Shown here: positions 25,197 through 29,017 of the stretch, piece by piece
Numbering within the stretch: the first letter of the stretch is position 1
Layout: every line of letters starts with the position of its first letter
Notes under the pieces: model-generated
The model's database searches: none
Seen by the model: the letters and a program-made list of their open reading frames with translations, nothing else
What the model was told of the DNA's origin: nothing
Program-made: the position numbers and the translations under genes
Assembly (NCBI GenBank): GCA_030744635.1
Contig: JASLQE010000387.1
Location: 1 to 29,017 of the forward strand
Length of the DNA stretch: 29,017 bases
DNA from: Dehalococcoidia bacterium
GTDB lineage: Bacteria; Chloroflexota; Dehalococcoidia; JACVQG01; JAHKAY01
Direction of reading: 5' to 3'

Positions 25197-25395
25197 GAAA
25201 GAGCGGAGTTCCCCGATGCATCGAGGCCGGGGGCTTGGGCGTCATTGTGAATTGCCTAAGGAAGGCGCCATGCTGTCCGCCTTGCGGACTCCGACACTCT
25301 GTTCGGAGAGCTTGTTGAAGCATGAGCGCTGCGCTGAGCTTGTCGAAGTACGCCGTTGTCGCGCACCCTTCGACTGGCTCAGGGTGGCGGATGAC
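25197..25395. repeat. Cluster of family A REP-like units between hisC and hisB, one carrying a 33-bp hairpin insert (25276-25308)
   Basis: CCATGCTG^[33 bp]^AGCTTGTTGAAGCATG, an intact GCTGAGCTTGTCGAAG (25333-25348), and the inverted unit CCCTTCGACTGGCTCAGGGTG (about 25366-25386). Confidence 0.75.
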
Positions 25396-25417
25396 TTTAT
25401 CAAACAGGGGCAAAGTG

Positions 25418-26017
25418 ATGTCTGATGTAGTTGATGCCCCCCGCAAGGCCGCGGTGCGCCGCCAGACCGCCGAGACCACCATCAGCGTGGAGCTGGACCT
25501 GGACGGACAGGGCCGCTGGCAGATTACGACCGGGGTGACCCTTTTCGACCACTTCCTGGCCCAGCTTGCCAGACACGGTCTCTTTGACATAAACATCTCC
25601 GCCACCGGAGACGAACAGCACCACCTGGTAGAGGATGTGGGGCTGTGCCTGGGCCGGGCCTTTGACCAGGCCCTGGGGGAGAGGCGGGGCATCGTCCGCA
25701 TGGGCAACGCCATTGTGCCGATGGACGAATCGCTGGCCCTGGTGGCCGTGGACATCAGCGGCCGTGGATATGCGGTGATAGACCCCGCCCTGGAGGCGGC
25801 GGTGGGGGGGATAGAGGCGGACATGGTACGCCACTGCCTGCACTCCCTGGCCCAAGAGGCCAGGTTCAACCTGCATGTCCAGATACTGAAGGGCAGCAAC
25901 GACCATCATCGGGCCGAGGCCGCCTTCAAGTCTCTGGCCCGCGCCCTCAAGGCCGCCACCCGATTTGACGACCGCCTGGGCGGCACTGTCCCCAGCACCA
26001 AGGGCACCATCGGGTAG
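25418..26017 (+). CDS. hisB: Imidazoleglycerol-phosphate dehydratase (monofunctional)
   Basis: [44 protein letters not shown]. No N-terminal phosphatase domain. Start set at ATG 25418. Confidence 0.95.
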   Translation: MSDVVDAPRKAAVRRQTAETTISVELDLDGQGRWQITTGVTLFDHFLAQLARHGLFDINISATGDEQHHLVEDVGLCLGRAFDQALGERRGIVRMGNAIVPMDESLALVAVDISGRGYAVIDPALEAAVGGIEADMVRHCLHSLAQEARFNLHVQILKGSNDHHRAEAAFKSLARALKAATRFDDRLGGTVPSTKGTIG

Positions 26018-26127
26018 CAGAGAAGTAATCCGTCCAAACATGTATTGCGAAAAAGGGCTTATCTCGTGAAACTCAGCTTGGCATACATGCTGGAACTAGT
26101 ACTAGGTTGCTTAAGTAAGCGTAACCA

Positions 26128-26282
26128 TGATATTCTTCGCTTTGCTCTCCGAAAGAGACCGGTTCGAACGGGGTGCCGGACTCTCCGAAGGAGTCCGGAG
26201 TCTTTCGGACCGCAAGGCGGAGAGTCCTTCGGGCAGAGTGACATTTGGAACCTCTGTCACCCTGAGCGTAACGAATGGTCTC
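26128..26282 (-). repeat. REP-like hairpin (family A variant) interrupted by the 87-bp cassette at 26147-26233
   Basis: Minus strand TTCGTTACGCTCA-GGGTGACA...TGTCACTC-TG^[87 bp]^AGCAAAGCGAA. Confidence 0.8.
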
Positions 26283-26316
26283 ACCCTGTAAAACATACTC
26301 ACACTTATTTCTGCCA

Positions 26317-26587
26317 GCAGGTACTATGCCGGTATGAAGAGGCGCTCCGGGACTACAACCGCTCGCTGGAGCTACGCCCCGATGACCTGGATGTCCTGTG
26401 CAACCGTGCCTGCGTTTTCTCACTAGCGGAGCGCTTAGACGCGGCACTGTAGGCGATAGCTAAAGCAATAGCCAGTGATGACAGCTTCCGGCAGATGGCA
26501 AATGAAGATGGAGACTTTGCCGAGTTGAAACATGACCCGGAGTGAGGGCCCCGTTTCTGGGCTTTAGTTGGTAAGGAGGGCAGTTGA
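26317..26587 (+). pseudogene. C-terminal remnant of a TPR-repeat protein with two in-frame stops
   Basis: RYEEALRDYNRSLELRPDD..VLCNRACVFSL is TPR-like and continues past TAG 26450 (AIAKAI..D..FR..A..DGDF..LK.DPE) and TGA 26543 (GPRFWALVG) to TGA 26585. No start is recognisable. Confidence 0.7.
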
Positions 26588-27459
26588 GCATCCTGATTGA
26601 TGAGAATACCAGGGTGGTGGTGCAGGGGATTACCGGGGGAGAGGGCGGTTTCCATGCGCAGCGGATGGTGGATTACGGCACCCGTGTGGTGGCGGGCGTC
26701 ACCCCCGGCAAGGGCGGCACCCAGGCCGCCGGGGTGCCCGTGTTCAACACCGTGGAGCAGGCGGTTCGGGAGACGGGGGTTACCGCCAGCATAATCTTCG
26801 TCCCCGCCCCCTTCGCCGCCGACGCCATCTTGGAGGTGGCCGATGCCGGCCTGGAGTTGGTGGTGTGCATCACCGAGGGCATCCCTACCCTGGACATGGT
26901 TAAAGTACGCCGGTACATGGATGGCAGGCCCACTCGGCTCATCGGCCCCAACTGCCCGGGGCTGATTACCCCCGGTAAAAGCAAGATGGGCATCATGGTG
27001 GGGGAGATTCACCTGCCCGGAACGGTGGGGCTGGTGTCCCGCTCCGGCACCCTCACCTACGAGGCGGTGGCCCAGCTAACGGCCATGGGCATCGGCCAGT
27101 CCACCTGCGTGGGCATCGGTGGAGACCCGTTTGTGGGCTCCAGCTTCGTTGACATATTGAAGCTCTTCCAGGGCGACCCGGCGACCTCCGGAATAGTCCT
27201 CATCGGGGAGATAGGCGGGGGCATGGAGCAGGAGGCTGCAGTTTACATAAAGGAAAACATTACCAAACCGGTGGTGGCCTTTATAGCCGGTAGCACCGCC
27301 CCGCCGGGGCGGCGGATGGGCCATGCCGGGGCCATAATATCCGGTAGCTCCGGCACCGCCGGGGGTAAGATAGCCGCCCTGGAGGCCGCCGGTGTGGCCG
27401 TCACCCACAGCCCCGCCGAAATCGGCCTGATTGCAAAGAAGTACCTACGGCCGGTTTAG
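26584..27459 (+). CDS. sucD: Succinyl-CoA ligase subunit alpha
   Basis: [43 protein letters not shown], and RMGHAGAII with the phospho-His. TTG start with SD AAGGAGG. Confidence 0.96.
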   Translation: MSILIDENTRVVVQGITGGEGGFHAQRMVDYGTRVVAGVTPGKGGTQAAGVPVFNTVEQAVRETGVTASIIFVPAPFAADAILEVADAGLELVVCITEGIPTLDMVKVRRYMDGRPTRLIGPNCPGLITPGKSKMGIMVGEIHLPGTVGLVSRSGTLTYEAVAQLTAMGIGQSTCVGIGGDPFVGSSFVDILKLFQGDPATSGIVLIGEIGGGMEQEAAVYIKENITKPVVAFIAGSTAPPGRRMGHAGAIISGSSGTAGGKIAALEAAGVAVTHSPAEIGLIAKKYLRPV

Positions 27460-29016
27460 GGTTACATCTTTCAGCAGGGGGATGCCCAGGGGGCTCAGGG
27501 CGAAGCCCTTGACATAGGGCTTTATAAGCAGGTAGTCCTGGCCGAACCACAGGGGGATGGCGGCGGCATCGTCCACCAGGCTTTGCTCTATGTCCTGGTA
27601 GAGCCGTAGCCGCTTCTCGTGGTCAGGCTCCACACGGGCCTCTTTCAGCAGGGCGTCCAGCCCAGGGTTGGCATACTCGCCGTCGTTGTGCTGGCTCCCG
27701 CTGTGGAAAAGGATATCCAGGAAGTTCTGGGGGTCGGGGTAGTCGGCTATCCAGCCGAAGTCAAACAGGTCGTCCTTCTCCTCCTCCAGCCGGTAGAAGT
27801 AAATCTCCGAGGCGAGCTGGCGGATGCGGAACTCCACCCCCAGGTTGACGTGAATCTCCTGCAGGATGGCGCTATCCAGGCCGGAGGAAGGGCCTCCCTC
27901 GCCGGAGGTGGTGAAGGTGATGGCGGGCAGCCTTTCTACCCCACCGTAGCTGGAGGCTTCAAGCAGTTCCCGTGCTTTAACGGGGTCAAAGGGGAGGGGC
28001 TTCAGGTCGGGGTTGTGTCCCGGCAGCCCTGGGGGCAGGAAGCCCCCCGCAGGCTGGACCATATCTTTGAGCACCACACGGGCCAGCTTGTCCTTATCAA
28101 TGGCCATGGCGAAGGCCCGGCGCACCAGCGGGTCATCAAAGGGGGGGCGGGTGTGGTTGAAGCTTACATAGCTCACATTCAGCTGGGGGAAGAGGTGAAG
28201 CTCCCGGCTGAGGGGGTTGGTGGGGTCGCTCACGCGCTCGATATTGGACACCCCCACGGTGGCGGCGTCAATCTCACCCGTCTCATAGAGGACCAGGGGT
28301 TTGCCGCCCCACAGGCGGAAGAGGACATACTGTACTTGGGGCGTGCCCAGGTGATAGGCGGGGTTGGCCTCCAGCACCACCAACTGCTCCAGTTGCCACT
28401 CTTTGAGGCGGAACGGCCCGGTGCCGTTGGGCCGGCGCCACCAGTCCGGGCCCTGGGCCACATTTTCCCGGTCCACAACGAAGGCCACGGAATAGGTGAG
28501 CTTGGACAGGAAGTAGGCCTTGGGGGCGTCTATGGTGACCCGCAGGGTGTAGTCATCCACCACCTGGACGCCGCTTATCTCGGTGGACCGTCCCTCCAGC
28601 ACATCTTTGACGCCCACTATGTCATCCAGGTAGACGGGGGCGGTGGGAGAACCCAGCGAGGGGATGGCCGCCCGCTCCCAGGAATACTTGAAGTCGGCGG
28701 CTTTAACCTCCCGTCCGCTGTGGAAGCGAGCACCGCGGCGCAGGAAAAAGGTGTAGGTGGCGCCCTCAACCTGCCACCGCTCGGCTATATCGGGGACTAT
28801 GTTGAGGTCCTTATCGAAAATGACCAGGCCGCCGAATATATTGGCGATATAGGTCTGGGAGCGGGACTCCTGGGACATGGCGGGGTCCAGGGTTACGGGG
28901 CCTGCGTCCAGCAGGGTAAGGGTCCGGTTGCGGGGCAGCCCGAAGGGCTGAGGCTCCTCTAGCCGGAAACTATCGGCGATGTCGGCGATGGCCACGGCCT
29001 GACGGTTGAAGTCCGT
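27445..29016 (-). CDS. ABC transporter substrate-binding protein, family 5 (oligopeptide/nickel type), 5'-truncated by the window edge
   Basis: [44 protein letters not shown]. The frame stays open to base 29016. Confidence 0.92.
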   Translation of the reverse strand, partial: TDFNRQAVAIADIADSFRLEEPQPFGLPRNRTLTLLDAGPVTLDPAMSQESRSQTYIANIFGGLVIFDKDLNIVPDIAERWQVEGATYTFFLRRGARFHSGREVKAADFKYSWERAAIPSLGSPTAPVYLDDIVGVKDVLEGRSTEISGVQVVDDYTLRVTIDAPKAYFLSKLTYSVAFVVDRENVAQGPDWWRRPNGTGPFRLKEWQLEQLVVLEANPAYHLGTPQVQYVLFRLWGGKPLVLYETGEIDAATVGVSNIERVSDPTNPLSRELHLFPQLNVSYVSFNHTRPPFDDPLVRRAFAMAIDKDKLARVVLKDMVQPAGGFLPPGLPGHNPDLKPLPFDPVKARELLEASSYGGVERLPAITFTTSGEGGPSSGLDSAILQEIHVNLGVEFRIRQLASEIYFYRLEEEKDDLFDFGWIADYPDPQNFLDILFHSGSQHNDGEYANPGLDALLKEARVEPDHEKRLRLYQDIEQSLVDDAAAIPLWFGQDYLLIKPYVKGFALSPLGIPLLKDVTLNRP

Positions 29017-29017
29017 C

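Noticed and set aside
25322-25417. N-terminal extension of HisB ([10 protein letters not shown]...PSTGSG)
   Set aside because: This is translation of REP-like repeats. HisB homology begins after ATG 25418.
6587-26282. Repeats as a CRISPR array or classical MITEs
   Set aside because: Copies are dispersed, with no repeat-spacer periodicity, no cas genes, no long terminal inverted repeats and no target-site duplications.
26045-26452. 135-aa ORF as a real gene
   Set aside because: It is a chance frame through AT-rich spacer, the cassette-bearing repeat (CHPERNEW) and the TPR remnant.
26450-26545. Pyrrolysine or selenocysteine read-through of the TPR stops
   Set aside because: Two different stop types occur in a fragment lacking a start, neither sits at a catalytic-type position, and no SECIS-like hairpin was recognised. 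Decay is the simpler explanation.
27619-28962. Long antisense ORFs (this 447-aa ORF, also 5687-6526, 9225-10043, 16379-17527, 24374-25168, 25051-25899)
   Set aside because: They are shadows of well-supported genes on the other strand, expected in high-GC DNA, and show no recognisable motifs or SDs.

Overview
GC-rich bacterial chromosomal window. Gene content and the hisZ/hisG style suggest Chloroflexota/Dehalococcoidia (inference, not verified). From left to right: a truncated amidohydrolase, a DUF3786-like gene, an MFS transporter, a divergent QueG-like cobalamin/FeS protein, tRNA-Val(GAC), a crotonase, rarA, a frameshifted SDR, three class III CoA-transferases, a ThDP-dependent ALS-like enzyme, a GalT-like protein probably starting at CTG, a V4R/ATC-hydrolase-like protein, an acyl-CoA ligase/MBL hydrolase/MFS operon, a partial his operon (hisZ, tandem-duplicated hisG, an inserted Zn-PLC-like gene, frameshifted hisD, hisC, hisB), a TPR pseudogene remnant, sucD without sucC, and a truncated family-5 ABC substrate-binding protein. 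No CRISPR array, transposase or integrase was seen. The most striking non-coding signal is nested repeats: short hairpin cassettes (33-93 bp, mostly starting YCYG and ending CGGAG) sit directly after a TG dinucleotide inside several unrelated REP-like repeats, with no target duplication, and empty versions of the same host sites occur in the window. The best protein-level leads are a candidate non-orthologous histidinol-phosphatase, a fused HisG pseudo-dimer with complementary motif loss, and a QueG paralogue lacking the QueG substrate residues. All alignments were done by eye.
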